A DNA stretch of 64,000 bases from an uncultured Alphaproteobacteria bacterium (GTDB lineage Bacteria > Pseudomonadota > Alphaproteobacteria > RF32 > CAG-239): positions 185,436-249,435 of the forward strand of contig CALYAY010000001.1 in assembly GCA_944393695.1 (NCBI GenBank), read 5' to 3'. Positions within the stretch are counted from its first letter, which is position 1, and every line of letters starts with the position of its first letter. The notes beneath the pieces were generated by a model, which was not told the DNA's origin, made no database searches, and saw only the letters and a program-made list of their open reading frames with translations. Below are positions 1 to 10,353 of the stretch, one piece after another. The translations under genes and the position numbers were made by a program.

Positions 1-592
1 CTGAGCGGAAACCATTGCCAATACGTCCCGCCCGCAAAAAAGACAATCAGAAACACGGCAAACAAAAACACCGGAACCGCCGAACCGAAGATAACGGCAA
101 ATGATGTCCATATATCAAATTTAGAACCGTCTTTAACCGCTTTTTTTATACCCAGCGGAATAGCCACCAGATAAATAATCAGTGTTGACCACAATCCGAG
201 AGAAATTGACACCGGCATTCTCTCAACAATCAGTTCGCCCACGCTTTTGTCTTTATAATAGCTTTTCCCAAAGTCAAATAAGGCATAATCCTTAATCATT
301 TTCCAAAATCTTTTATGAACCGGTTGGTCAAAACCAAACTGTTTTTCCAGTTCTTTTATCATATCTTCCGGAACTCCCTGTGCTCCCTGATATTTTCCTG
401 CCGCCTGAGAACTGTTCATCTGTGCCGAAGAGGTGAGGGTACCCGTTGCTTCCGTGTTCATTCCCCGGTATTTTGCCAGAATGTATTCTACCGGACCGCC
501 CGGCGACGTCTGCACAATCACGAAGTTAATCGCCAAAATTCCGAGCAAAGTAAAAGGGATCAGCAGCAGACGCTTGATGATATAATTTCTCA
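1..592 (-). CDS. yejB: ABC transporter permease, YejB-like (peptide/microcin C-type importer). N-terminal part only; the gene runs off the window start
   Basis: Manual minus-strand translation from ATG 592-590 gives MRNYIIKRLLLIPFTLLGILAINFVIVQTSPGGPVEY...SISLGLWSTLIIYLVAIPLGIKKAV, colinear with my recollection of E. coli YejB. The start overlaps the stop of the upstream binding-protein gene. It is absent from the ORF track because it is truncated. Confidence 0.8.
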
Positions 593-2416
593 TTGGCGAA
601 ACTCCTCTTTCATCCACCAGCTGAACGGTTGAAATCCCGTCTTGATTTTTGTTTTCGGATGTTCAAATTTGTTTTGATATGCCACACGGGAGGAAGGGGC
701 ATACCACTGCGGAATAACATAAGTTTCGTTCAGCATAACCCTGTCCAGTGCCCTGACATAAGCTTGGTAGCTGGTTTTGTCTTTTGCTTTAATCAAACCG
801 TCAATCAAAGCGTCGACCACCGGATTCTGCACGCCGCCGATATTATACGAACCTTTCACCATGGCAGACTGGCTTCCCCACATTTCTTTTTGTTCGTTTC
901 CCGGCATCTGGCTCATCCCGAACGAGATAATGGCAATGTCAAAATCAAAATTATCCAGCCGGTTTTTGTAAACATTAACCTCTGTTGTCCGAAAGCAGGC
1001 CTTTATGCCGATTTTTGCCAGATTCTTGATAAACGGCAGCATAACCCGGGTAAAAGAACTTCCGTTGGCCGAATTGTCAGTAATCTCAAATTCCAGCGGT
1101 TCACCGCTTTTCAGGTTTGTCATCACCCCGTCTTTAAAATCATAACCGGCTTCTTTCAGCAGGCTGACCGCTTTTTTCAGATTTTTCCTGGTTTGCAGAT
1201 AATCTTTATGCCGCGGCAATTCCGGTGCCCGGCTGAACACTTCCGGCGGCAGTTGTTTTCTGAATTTGTTTAATATCTCCAATTCTTTGCCCCGCGGAAG
1301 CCCGGTAGCCTCCATTCCGGTATTGGTAAAATAACTCTCCAGACGTTTGTATTGGTTATAAAAAAGCTTTTCGTTTGCCCAGTCAAAATCAAAAGCCAGA
1401 CTGATGGCCTGCCGCACGCGCTTATCCTTAAATTTGTCTTTGCGCAGATTAAACACGAACATTTGTAGGTTGGCGGCCTTATTGTGGGGAATATCTTCTT
1501 TGATGACTTTTCCTTTCTTGACCACATCGTTGTCATACCCGGTCACCCAGATTTTGGCAATATATTCTTCCCTGATGTCGATGTTACCGGAGAACAGGGC
1601 CTGCAAAGTCACGGTTGTGTCCTGATAAAATTCATAGTTAACCCGGTCAAAATTAAAAAAACCCCGGCGTGAAGGCAGATTCTTTGCCCAATAATCGGGA
1701 TTCCTTTTAAAAGAAAGCGACTTCCCCGCCGTAAATTTTTCCAGAACATACGGCCCGCTGCCCAGATAAGGCTTCAACTGCGGTTTGCTGAAATCTTTTC
1801 CTTCCCAGTCTTTTTTTGAAAAAACCGGTATTTGTGCCAAAATCAGCGGCAGCTCTTTGTTGGTTGAACCTTTTTTGAAATAAAAACGAACCTTTCTGTC
1901 GTCAACTTTTTCGATTCTCTCCACGTCTCCGTAATAAACCTTGTATATCGGAGCCCCTTGTTCGGTAATTGCCTTAAAACTGAATATCACGTCGTCTGCC
2001 GCCACCGGTGAACCGTCGCTGAATTTTGCTCTCTCGTCCAGAATAAAACCGACAAAAGATTGATCTTCGGGCAGCTCAAAAGCCTTGGCTAACAGCGGAT
2101 AAACCGTTGATACATCATCACTGGGAACAATTCCCAGCGTATCCAGGGTTAATGCGGCAACTTCTCCGGCGGCATTTCCTTTAAAGATAAAGGGATTAAA
2201 ACTGTCAAAACCGCCGTAAGACGGCAAAACAACCGTCCCTCCCTTTGGCGCATCGGGATTGGCATATTCAAAATACTTAAAATCATCGGCATACTTTGCT
2301 TCGCCGTACAGAGCAATATTCTTTGCTGTTTCTGTTTTCCCCGCGGTCGCTGTTCTGCAAAAGAGTAAACACGCCCCGACCAGCACAAAAAACGTTTTAC
2401 TTACGGTTAACCTCAT
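590..2416 (-). CDS. yejA: Periplasmic substrate-binding protein, family 5 (YejA-like) of the peptide ABC importer
   Basis: 608-aa ORF with a signal peptide (LLFCRTATA). Length and layout are typical of SBP_bac_5/YejA, and it is translationally coupled to yejB downstream. Confidence 0.8.
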   Translation of the reverse strand: MRLTVSKTFFVLVGACLLFCRTATAGKTETAKNIALYGEAKYADDFKYFEYANPDAPKGGTVVLPSYGGFDSFNPFIFKGNAAGEVAALTLDTLGIVPSDDVSTVYPLLAKAFELPEDQSFVGFILDERAKFSDGSPVAADDVIFSFKAITEQGAPIYKVYYGDVERIEKVDDRKVRFYFKKGSTNKELPLILAQIPVFSKKDWEGKDFSKPQLKPYLGSGPYVLEKFTAGKSLSFKRNPDYWAKNLPSRRGFFNFDRVNYEFYQDTTVTLQALFSGNIDIREEYIAKIWVTGYDNDVVKKGKVIKEDIPHNKAANLQMFVFNLRKDKFKDKRVRQAISLAFDFDWANEKLFYNQYKRLESYFTNTGMEATGLPRGKELEILNKFRKQLPPEVFSRAPELPRHKDYLQTRKNLKKAVSLLKEAGYDFKDGVMTNLKSGEPLEFEITDNSANGSSFTRVMLPFIKNLAKIGIKACFRTTEVNVYKNRLDNFDFDIAIISFGMSQMPGNEQKEMWGSQSAMVKGSYNIGGVQNPVVDALIDGLIKAKDKTSYQAYVRALDRVMLNETYVIPQWYAPSSRVAYQNKFEHPKTKIKTGFQPFSWWMKEEFRQ

Positions 2417-3812
2417 TTGCCCAGCCGCCGAAAGGATAATTAAACTGCTCGTCTTCAGTCTTTTGCTGAGTTTCTTTCCTTACCCCCAGTTCATTGGCCA
2501 GTTTCATCTTTTCCCATTCCTTGCGCAGATTTTTCAGTGTATTTTGCGTTTCCTTAAATTCAATGGTTTTTCCTTTGGGCTGAATTTTAGGCATCGGATT
2601 GTTGACATGCCCCGTAAAATCTTCAATATCCATCTGTTGATCATCGTGCCAGGGTTCATCGGCATATTTATCCGTCCCAGGCGCAGATTCTGAAAAATAC
2701 TTTTGCTCGGCAATATTTTCTTTTTCGTCTTTCACCCCAGGCATATCTATGGTTGGCTCAGAACCGAAGCTTCTTTCCAAAGCCAGGGTAAACGGATCTC
2801 TTTCACTGCTGCCTTCATCAATTGACGGTTCTATTTTACCGTCTTCATTTTCGGCCTTATGTTTTTTCTTAAAAAGTTTAAAACGCCCGGCCAGGGATGT
2901 TGAATGTTGGGAAAGCTCGTTCCTTTCATTATCCTCAGGCTTTTCGTTTTTTATTTCGGCTTGTTGCTTTTCCTTAAAAAAGTCAATTTTGACGGCCGGT
3001 GTCTTATTCTCCGGCCGGCGAAAAGTGTCCGCTTCTTTCTGCGTGCGGATTTCATCGGCAATCGGCGTAATAATTGAATAAACCTTGCCGAAAACCCCCG
3101 TTTCCACCAGGTTCAGAAAAACATGTTCTTTATCATGTTTTTCCAGCAAAACAATCAGGCTTTGATACCTTGCGCAAAATTCCATCAATGATCCGCCCAA
3201 AACAACATCCTGCCGCCCGCGGTTAAACACCCGGGCCTGAAAATCCGGCTGATTCTGGTTTACTTCAATCAAAACTTTACCGAAAGACCATTTACCGCCG
3301 TTTTGCACCTTGGTCCACAAATTTTCGATTTGCTCATTGGAGGCAATCCCCGTGCGCCGGATAATTTCTGCCAGCAATTCGTTCATATCGGCGATAAAAA
3401 CGTCAAATTTGTTCAGGATAAAGCCGTCTTTGATTTCCTGTTCGGCTTCCAGCATAATGCGGGCGACCAGATCCGTATAATCCATGTTTTTCTTCATCTG
3501 CTTAAACAACATAAACAGATTGTTATGCAGATGACGCATTCCCGAGAACTGGTTAATATAACCAAACACTGCCCACAACACAAAAACCGGCAGCAGGATA
3601 AAAGCCAGATAAATCGAGGCGTCAAACAGGCTGAGTGCGTTCAGCGGAATGCCGCTGATTTTTTCGGCAACAAACATAACGGCATAAATCAACCAGAAAA
3701 CGGTTGAAAAAACGGAAACAAAAAAAGCCACGGCTAACACGGTTAAAATCTCCATACGGCACGATTTGTAACAAATTTTACTTAATACTATTATATCCGC
3801 AGGATATTTCAA
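2397..3812 (-). CDS. Hypothetical inner-membrane protein: N-terminal TM helices, a central globular part, and an acidic/disordered C-terminal tail
   Basis: 471-aa ORF with two to three clear hydrophobic helices near the N-terminus. An alternative start MEILTVL lies near 3755. I recognise no family motif. Confidence 0.5.
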   Translation of the reverse strand: MKYPADIIVLSKICYKSCRMEILTVLAVAFFVSVFSTVFWLIYAVMFVAEKISGIPLNALSLFDASIYLAFILLPVFVLWAVFGYINQFSGMRHLHNNLFMLFKQMKKNMDYTDLVARIMLEAEQEIKDGFILNKFDVFIADMNELLAEIIRRTGIASNEQIENLWTKVQNGGKWSFGKVLIEVNQNQPDFQARVFNRGRQDVVLGGSLMEFCARYQSLIVLLEKHDKEHVFLNLVETGVFGKVYSIITPIADEIRTQKEADTFRRPENKTPAVKIDFFKEKQQAEIKNEKPEDNERNELSQHSTSLAGRFKLFKKKHKAENEDGKIEPSIDEGSSERDPFTLALERSFGSEPTIDMPGVKDEKENIAEQKYFSESAPGTDKYADEPWHDDQQMDIEDFTGHVNNPMPKIQPKGKTIEFKETQNTLKNLRKEWEKMKLANELGVRKETQQKTEDEQFNYPFGGWANEVNRK

Positions 3813-3933
3813 TTAAATAATGACAAGAATCCTCAGTTTGGGCATTAAAATTAACAATAATCAAAAATAAGAGTCGAAATTTTATATATTTTGTGTTACA
3901 AGCAAATCAGTTTTAATTATCAAGAGATTTGCA

Positions 3934-4908
3934 ATGAATACAAATTCGAATGGCATGGTTTTGGATTTTGAAAAAACGATTGTCGAAATTGAGGCAAAAA
4001 TTGAGAGCCTGAAAATGCTGGCTCAGGAAGAGGATGTTGATATTTCAAAAGAAATCAGCCGCTTGCAGGAAAAGCTGGAGCGTCAGCTGCGCATTTCTTA
4101 TGCCAACCTTACCCCTTGGCAGAAAGCTCAGGTTGCAAGACACCCCGACCGTCCGCATTGTCTGGACTATGTTTATTCTCTGATTGAAGATTTTGTTCCT
4201 CTGGCCGGAGATCGTTCTTTTGCCGATGATCCGACGATGATTAGCGGTATAGGGCGCTTTAACGGCATTTCTGTTGTTGTTCTCGGTCAGGAAAAAGGCC
4301 ATGATTTGGAAAGCCGCATCAAATATAATTTCGGCATGGCCAAACCTGAAGGTTACCGCAAGGCCAAACGCCTGATGGATATGGCGGATAAGTTCAAATT
4401 GCCGGTTTTGTGCTTTGTCGATACCGACGGGGCATATCCTGGTGTTGAGGCCGAAGCCCGTGGTCAGGCGGAAGCAATTGCTGCTTCAACTGAAAAATGC
4501 CTGCAGATTCGCACGCCGATTGTTTCAACCGTTATCGGTATGGGAGGTTCCGGCGGCGCCATAGCCATTGCCGCGGCTGACCGGATATTAATGCTGGAAA
4601 ATTCCATTTATTCGGTTATCTCGCCGGAAGCCTGCAGTTCGATTCTTTGGAAATCCACCGATAAAACCAAAGAAGCGGCAGAAGCTTTGCGTTTTACCGC
4701 TCAGGATCTGAAAAGCCTGGGTGTTATTGATGAAATCATCAAAGAGCCTTTGGGCGGTGCTCATCGTGACCGGAAAGCCGCAATTGAAGAAACCGGCAAG
4801 GTTATCTTGCGTAATCTGAAAGACCTTATCCCGCTCAGCGGAGAAGAATTGCGCCGCCGCCGAACTGAAAAATTCCTCGAAATGGGACGTCACCTGTCTG
4901 ACAACTGA
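3934..4908 (+). CDS. accA: Acetyl-CoA carboxylase carboxyltransferase alpha subunit
   Basis: 324 aa. Contains LTPWQKAQVARHPDRP, GRFNGISVVVLGQEKG and FVDTDGAYPGVEAEARGQAEAIA, which are classic AccA blocks. Confidence 0.95.
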   Translation: MNTNSNGMVLDFEKTIVEIEAKIESLKMLAQEEDVDISKEISRLQEKLERQLRISYANLTPWQKAQVARHPDRPHCLDYVYSLIEDFVPLAGDRSFADDPTMISGIGRFNGISVVVLGQEKGHDLESRIKYNFGMAKPEGYRKAKRLMDMADKFKLPVLCFVDTDGAYPGVEAEARGQAEAIAASTEKCLQIRTPIVSTVIGMGGSGGAIAIAAADRILMLENSIYSVISPEACSSILWKSTDKTKEAAEALRFTAQDLKSLGVIDEIIKEPLGGAHRDRKAAIEETGKVILRNLKDLIPLSGEELRRRRTEKFLEMGRHLSDN

Positions 4909-4921
4909 TAAGGCCGGCCCG

Positions 4922-6058
4922 ATGAATTTTGAGCTTTTGTTTATAATTACGGCAATAATCGGCGTAATATTGTTACTTGCTTTGCTGGCAGTGCTTTATC
5001 GCCGCAATAATACTGCGGACATTTCCTCTTTTGCCGATAATCTGCTGCGGGCTCAGGCCGAGCTGTCCGGCCGCTTGTCCCTGCTTAATGAAAACAATAC
5101 CCGCCAGCAGACTCAGTTGATGCAGTCCGTTAATGAACAAAAACTTTCTTTGCTCAAAATTATGGACGAACGTTTGCTTGAAGTAACCAAAAATGTAGGG
5201 CAGGGGCTTCAGCAGTCGGCGGAAAAAACCGGACAAACGTTGCATGAACTGCATGAGCGCCTGGTAAAAATTGATGTTGCCCAGCAAAAAATTTCCAACC
5301 TTTCCGAACAGGTTGTTTCCCTGCAGGAAGTTTTGACCAATAAGCAGGCCCGCGGCGCTTTCGGCGAAATCCAGCTTAATGACCTTGTGACTTCTATCCT
5401 GCCTCCTTCGGCTTATGAATTTCAGGTTGTTTTAAGCAATCAGAAGCGGGCGGATTGTGTCTTAAAGTTACCCAATCCTCCAGGAACCATTGTCATCGAT
5501 TCCAAATTCCCACTGGAAAGTTATCAGGCGCTTCGTAATGCTTCTTCCGAGAGGGAAAAAGTCGAAGCCGAACGCTTTTTCCGGGCATCGGTTTTGAAAC
5601 ATATCAAAGATATTTCCGAAAAATACATTATCCCCGGGGAAACCGCAGAATCAGCCCTGATGTTTATGCCTTCCGAGGCGGTATATGCCGAGCTCCATGC
5701 TAATTTTCTTGATGTAGTTGAAGCCTCTTACCGGGCAAAGGTCTGGATTGTTTCTCCCACCACGCTTATGGCCACCTTAAACACTGTTCGTGCTGTTTTA
5801 AAAGATGCGCATATGAGGGAGCAGGCCGGTGTCATTCAAAAAGAAGTCGGCTGCCTGCTGGAAGACATCTCCCGTCTTGATGACCGGGTAGAAAACCTGA
5901 GCCGCCATTTTGAACAGGCTTCAAAAGACATTGGCGATATCCGAACCTCCTCCGGAAAAATTGCCCGCCGTGTTACCCGGATTGAAGAAATCGAACTTGG
6001 CCCGGATCATGAACACCCGGTTGCCGTAGAAGATTTTACCGGAGCCAAAAGCGCCTGA
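4922..6058 (+). CDS. rmuC: DNA recombination protein RmuC
   Basis: 378 aa with an N-terminal TM helix and a long coiled coil. The RmuC-type C-terminus includes KQARGAFGEIQL, DCVLKLP..IVIDSKFPLESY and SALMFMPSEAVYAE. Confidence 0.9.
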   Translation: MNFELLFIITAIIGVILLLALLAVLYRRNNTADISSFADNLLRAQAELSGRLSLLNENNTRQQTQLMQSVNEQKLSLLKIMDERLLEVTKNVGQGLQQSAEKTGQTLHELHERLVKIDVAQQKISNLSEQVVSLQEVLTNKQARGAFGEIQLNDLVTSILPPSAYEFQVVLSNQKRADCVLKLPNPPGTIVIDSKFPLESYQALRNASSEREKVEAERFFRASVLKHIKDISEKYIIPGETAESALMFMPSEAVYAELHANFLDVVEASYRAKVWIVSPTTLMATLNTVRAVLKDAHMREQAGVIQKEVGCLLEDISRLDDRVENLSRHFEQASKDIGDIRTSSGKIARRVTRIEEIELGPDHEHPVAVEDFTGAKSA

Positions 6059-6183
6059 CGGTTTTTCTCTTTTGGGGATAAGTAAACGATAAAATTTAAG
6101 CTTTTTGTTCAATTGATATATTGATTTATAAAGCAAAAGCGTATAACGTAAACATTGTAAAACATAGAGAAGAGGTAATAAAA

Positions 6184-6465
6184 TTGACTAGATCCGAATT
6201 AATAGAAAGAGTTGCCGCCAAAAACCCGCACCTGACTCTCAAAGACATTGATCATATTGTCGATGTTATTTTTAACAAAATCATTACTTCTCTGGCTAAA
6301 GGCGAGAGAGTGGAGTTTCGCGGTTTCGGCGCATTTTCGGTTCGCAAACGTTCACCGCGCACGGCCAAAAACCCGCGCACCGGCGAGCAGGTTAAAGTGG
6401 AAGAAAGAAACATTCCCCATTTCAAAACCGGAAAACAGCTGCACGAATTGCTGAATAAAAAATAA
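6184..6465 (+). CDS. ihfB: Integration host factor beta subunit (HU/IHF family)
   Basis: LTRSELIERVAAKNPHL...GERVEFRGFGAFSVRKRSPRTAKNPRTGEQVKVEERNIPHFKTGK. The start is placed at TTG 6184 to match the normal IHF-beta N-terminus. The ORF track begins at 6121, which would add 21 atypical residues. Confidence 0.88.
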   Translation: MTRSELIERVAAKNPHLTLKDIDHIVDVIFNKIITSLAKGERVEFRGFGAFSVRKRSPRTAKNPRTGEQVKVEERNIPHFKTGKQLHELLNKK

Positions 6466-6492
6466 TTTTCTTTTTAAGAAGGCGATAGTCCC

Positions 6493-6897
6493 ATGACTTT
6501 TATAAAAATGCTTATAGGTTTGCCGGTTGTCATTGTCATACTTATTTTTGCTTTTGTAAACAATGATCTGGTTGAGTTTAACTTCTGGCCTTTTTATATT
6601 GAAATCACCGTTTCGCAAAGCGTTGCTATCGTCATTCTTGTTTTGTTGGGCTTCTTGCTGGGCAAATTTGATTCCTGGTTGTCTTATTCGCCGTTGCGCA
6701 CGGCATTGCGCCGCGAGAAAAAAGAAAATAAAAAGCTCAATAAAGCTCATCTTAAGCTGACGGAACAAGTTTCTGATTTGCAGGATAATATTGTTAATCT
6801 GCAAGAAGAAAAGAAAGCGGTTGAAGCCTCTTTGCCCAAGCCCTCTTTTTCGGAAAAGGTAAAAAACCTGTTTCGGAAAGATAAATCCGAAGCTTAG
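6493..6897 (+). CDS. LapA-domain (DUF1049) inner-membrane protein
   Basis: 134 aa with two TM helices followed by a basic coiled-coil tail. Its position immediately after ihfB is a common alphaproteobacterial arrangement. Confidence 0.7.
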   Translation: MTFIKMLIGLPVVIVILIFAFVNNDLVEFNFWPFYIEITVSQSVAIVILVLLGFLLGKFDSWLSYSPLRTALRREKKENKKLNKAHLKLTEQVSDLQDNIVNLQEEKKAVEASLPKPSFSEKVKNLFRKDKSEA

Positions 6898-6926
6898 TTT
6901 TTCTGTAACAACAATGGTATGAAAAT

Positions 6927-7808
6927 ATGAATTGGTTAACTGACTTTGTAAGACCGAAAATCAAAAAAACCGCTCCGATAGAAATTGCCGACAATTTGTG
7001 GGTCAAATGTCCCGATTGCGGCCAGATGCTGTTTTCCAAAGAGCTCAAAAAGAGTCTGTATGTCTGCACCCGCTGCGGTCATCATTTACGCCTCTATACG
7101 GACAAAAGGCTTCGTCTTTTGTTTGACAATGGCGAATTTACCGAAATTGCTCTGCCCAAGTTAAAGGAAGATCCGTTAAAATTTAAAGATTCCAAAAAAT
7201 ATACGGACCGTCTGCGTTCTTACCGCAAAGCCACCGGGCATGATGATGCCATTCGCGTTGCCAAAGGTGAAATCGGCGGCATTACCTGCGTAATGGCAAT
7301 TATTGATTTTGCATTTATGGGCGGTTCCATGGGAATGGCCGTCGGTGAAGGAATTGTCAAAGCTGCCGAAATCAGCCTCAAAGGCGGTTATCCGCTGATT
7401 ACGGTGTCTGCTTCCGGCGGAGCCCGCATGCAGGAAGGCATTTTATCTCTGATGCAGATGGCCCGGACAACTGCGGCCATCAATCAGCTGAAAGACAAAG
7501 GGATTCCCTTCATCTCGATTCTAACCGATCCGACCACCGGTGGTGTCTCGGCATCTTTTGCCATGCTGGGCGATGTGAATATTGCCGAGAAAGGCTGCCT
7601 GATAGGTTTTGCCGGTCCCCGGGTTATTGAGCAGACCGTTCGGGAAAAGCTTCCCGAAGGTTTCCAGCGTGCCGAATATCTGAAAGAACATGGTATGGTT
7701 GATATTGTTGTCACCCGTCAGGAAATGAAAGATACTTTGGTTCGGGTTGTCAGTATTCTGACCCATGTCAAACCCAATATTCAAACCCTGGCTATAGAAA
7801 ATAAATAA
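6927..7808 (+). CDS. accD: Acetyl-CoA carboxylase carboxyltransferase beta subunit
   Basis: 293 aa. It has an N-terminal zinc ribbon (CPDCGQ...CTRCGHH) and GGSMG, SGGARMQEG carboxyltransferase motifs. Confidence 0.95.
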   Translation: MNWLTDFVRPKIKKTAPIEIADNLWVKCPDCGQMLFSKELKKSLYVCTRCGHHLRLYTDKRLRLLFDNGEFTEIALPKLKEDPLKFKDSKKYTDRLRSYRKATGHDDAIRVAKGEIGGITCVMAIIDFAFMGGSMGMAVGEGIVKAAEISLKGGYPLITVSASGGARMQEGILSLMQMARTTAAINQLKDKGIPFISILTDPTTGGVSASFAMLGDVNIAEKGCLIGFAGPRVIEQTVREKLPEGFQRAEYLKEHGMVDIVVTRQEMKDTLVRVVSILTHVKPNIQTLAIENK

Positions 7809-7812
7809 ACTA

Positions 7813-7844
7813 AAAAGCTCCGAACCCTGATGTTCGGAGCTTTT
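7813..7844. terminator. Bidirectional intrinsic terminator between convergent accD and recF
   Basis: Perfect 13-bp stem AAAAGCTCCGAAC / GTTCGGAGCTTTT with a 6-nt loop. A/T tracts on both sides sit in the 50-bp gap between the two stop codons. Confidence 0.8.
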
Positions 7845-7858
7845 GGTTAATCTGCGGT

Positions 7859-9082
7859 TTAACGGCTTTCTTCCAGTTGGTTGTTGTGTATCTCAAAAAA
7901 TTGCGCATCTTCTTTAACCCGCTGAAACAAGTGTGAATCTGTTGATGTAATCCAGGCCTGCACTCCGAGTTCCCTGATTTTTTCCAACAAGGCATCTCGT
8001 TTCATTTCATCCAGATGAGAAGCAACCTCGTCTAGCAGCAGAATCGGGGCAAAACCTTTGTCAAGTGTCTGACACTTTGTCTGCGCCAGAATAATACTGA
8101 TAAGCAGCGATTTTTGCTCTCCTGTCGAACAGAGTTCCGCCGGCATTCTTTTTTTTCGGTAATAAACCTTAAAATCAGTTCGGTTGACACCGTCGACCGT
8201 ATCGTTATACAAAATATTTTTTCTTTGTTTTTTTAACAGATTACAATAAAAATCCTCAACTTCAATGGCCGGCATCTTATCCAGCAGTTTTTCAATTGTT
8301 CCCTCCAGCTCCAGAATAACATTAGGAAAGACATCATCCGGTTCATGCTCAATAAATGTATTTAATTTGGCAATCTGTTCCCGTCTGGCTGCGGCAATAG
8401 CCACCCCCGTCGCCGCCATATTTTCTTCCAGCGAAGACAGCCATATGTCATTATGCTGTCCGGTTTTAATCAATTGATACCATTCTTTGTATAAGTGTTC
8501 AAAATTCGCCGTTCTTTTGGCATGTTCCACATCAAAAGCATACACCAGCCGATCCAAAAAACTCCGTCTGGGCTGCGAGCCGCCGCGAAACAATCTGTCC
8601 ATTTGCGGCGTAATCCATATGGCCGAAATATACTTTCCCAGTTCTGCCTGTGAAGCAACTTTTTGGCCGTTGATTTTCACCACGCGTTTATCAAAGCTGC
8701 GGCTTTCGTCTTCATTTTCTTTCAGTTGTTTTTCAACCGCCGTACCGATTTCCGTTTCTTCTTCACCGTGACTGACCAGAGCCGAAACAGCCCAGCTGAC
8801 GTTAGAAATGCTTTCCGGACGATATTCGTCCGTCACCAACGCCGGCACCATCCGCCGTATATCACCCAGCCTTGCTCCCCGCAGCCCTCGTCCGGGGGTT
8901 AAAAAAGATATAGCTTCGAGAATATTGGTTTTACCGCTGCCGTTTTCGCCGGTGATAATAATCATTCCGCGATGGGCGTTGACACGCAGCCGGGCATAAT
9001 TCCTGAAATCAGTTAAAGTCAGACGCAAAACGCCTGACTTTTCACTGGTTAAAGCAGATAAATTTAAAGCGGTGTTATCCAA
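7859..9082 (-). CDS. recF: DNA replication and repair protein RecF
   Basis: 407 aa. Contains LTDFRNY, Walker A GENGSGKTNILEAI and the SMC-like signature STGEQKSLLISIILAQ, followed by LLLDEVASHLD. Confidence 0.93.
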   Translation of the reverse strand: MDNTALNLSALTSEKSGVLRLTLTDFRNYARLRVNAHRGMIIITGENGSGKTNILEAISFLTPGRGLRGARLGDIRRMVPALVTDEYRPESISNVSWAVSALVSHGEEETEIGTAVEKQLKENEDESRSFDKRVVKINGQKVASQAELGKYISAIWITPQMDRLFRGGSQPRRSFLDRLVYAFDVEHAKRTANFEHLYKEWYQLIKTGQHNDIWLSSLEENMAATGVAIAAARREQIAKLNTFIEHEPDDVFPNVILELEGTIEKLLDKMPAIEVEDFYCNLLKKQRKNILYNDTVDGVNRTDFKVYYRKKRMPAELCSTGEQKSLLISIILAQTKCQTLDKGFAPILLLDEVASHLDEMKRDALLEKIRELGVQAWITSTDSHLFQRVKEDAQFFEIHNNQLEESR

Positions 9083-9084
9083 CT

Positions 9085-10203
9085 TTATACTCTCATCGGC
9101 ATCAAAACATAAATGGCACTGGAATCTGAGGTATCGTGAATAACCGAAGGCGATGAACCGTCCGCAAAGCTGATTTTGACATTATCACCTTTTACTTCGG
9201 TCAGAATATCCAGCAGATAGCGGAAGTTATAACCGATTTCCAGCGGTTCGCTGTTATATTTGGCTTCCACTTCTTCCTGTGCGCTGCCCAGATCCGGACT
9301 GGATGTCACAATCGTAATGTGATTCGGAGCCGTCATAACCTTAATTGCCCGGGTTCTTTCCGCCACCACCGATACACGGTCAACCGCTTCGGCCAACGGC
9401 TTTACACCCACTTCCAAAACTTTGTCGTTATCCGTCGGGATAACTCTTTCATAATCCGGATAAGTTCCGTCAATCAGTTTTGATGTCAGGGTAATATCAT
9501 CCATGACAAAACGAATTTTATTTTCCGAGAGGGAAATGGCAATGTTTTCGGCGCTGGTGTCGTCCAAAAGCTTACGGGCTTCGCCGACCGTCTTACGCGG
9601 GATAATAACCCCGTTCATATCCTCCGCTCCTTGCGGCAAAGGCGATTCGACACAGGCCAGACGATGTCCGTCCGTAGCTACCACGCGCAGAACCTTGGTT
9701 TCACCTTCGTTCTTGGCATGAACATAAATACCGTTCAGATAATATCTGGTTTCTTCGGTTGAAACGGCAAACTTTGTCCGGTCAATAACATCTTTCAGCT
9801 CTTCCTTGGCCATGCTGAAATTAACCGGCAGCTGATCTCCCGAAATAACCGGAAAATCTTCCACTCCGATAGTCGACAGAGCAAATTTTGAACGCCCGGA
9901 AGCAATAGTCAGCTGTCCTTTTTCGTCAGGAAAAGTAATTTCCACTTCCGCGCCGTCGGACAATTTACGGACAATATCATACAGCATGTGCGCCGGAGCT
10001 GTTGTTGCTCCGGTTTCAATTGTTTTGGCATCAACAATTTCCGTAATTTCCGTATCCATATCGGTTGCTTTAAAGCTGATACCGTCTTCCATCGCCTCAA
10101 TTTTAACGTTGGACAATACCGGAATAGTGTTTCTTTTTTCTACGATACTCTGAACATGACTCAGAGTTTTTAACAAATTAGCGCGTTCAATAGTAAATTT
10201 CAT
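9085..10203 (-). CDS. dnaN: DNA polymerase III beta sliding clamp
   Basis: 372 aa. N-terminus MKFTIERANLLKTLSHVQSIVEKRNTIPVLSNVKIEA. Three-domain clamp length, between dnaA and recF. Confidence 0.95.
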   Translation of the reverse strand: MKFTIERANLLKTLSHVQSIVEKRNTIPVLSNVKIEAMEDGISFKATDMDTEITEIVDAKTIETGATTAPAHMLYDIVRKLSDGAEVEITFPDEKGQLTIASGRSKFALSTIGVEDFPVISGDQLPVNFSMAKEELKDVIDRTKFAVSTEETRYYLNGIYVHAKNEGETKVLRVVATDGHRLACVESPLPQGAEDMNGVIIPRKTVGEARKLLDDTSAENIAISLSENKIRFVMDDITLTSKLIDGTYPDYERVIPTDNDKVLEVGVKPLAEAVDRVSVVAERTRAIKVMTAPNHITIVTSSPDLGSAQEEVEAKYNSEPLEIGYNFRYLLDILTEVKGDNVKISFADGSSPSVIHDTSDSSAIYVLMPMRV

Positions 10204-10302
10204 TTCTTTATACCCATGGTGTTATTTAATTTCTTTTGTTATCAATTCTACCATATTCTGCCGGAAGCAGAAGAAAAAACACCCAGTATTCAACAATTTT
10301 TT

Positions 10303-10330
10303 AAAGCCCGGAAAGTTACTTCCGGGCTTT
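10303..10330. terminator. Strong hairpin in the dnaA-dnaN gap (possible attenuator or terminator)
   Basis: 11-bp perfect stem AAAGCCCGGAA / TTCCGGGCTTT with a 6-nt loop. A long T-run follows on the plus strand and a weaker T/A run on the coding minus strand, so the functional direction is uncertain. Confidence 0.5.
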
Positions 10331-10353
10331 TTTTCTTTTTACTAGAAAATTTA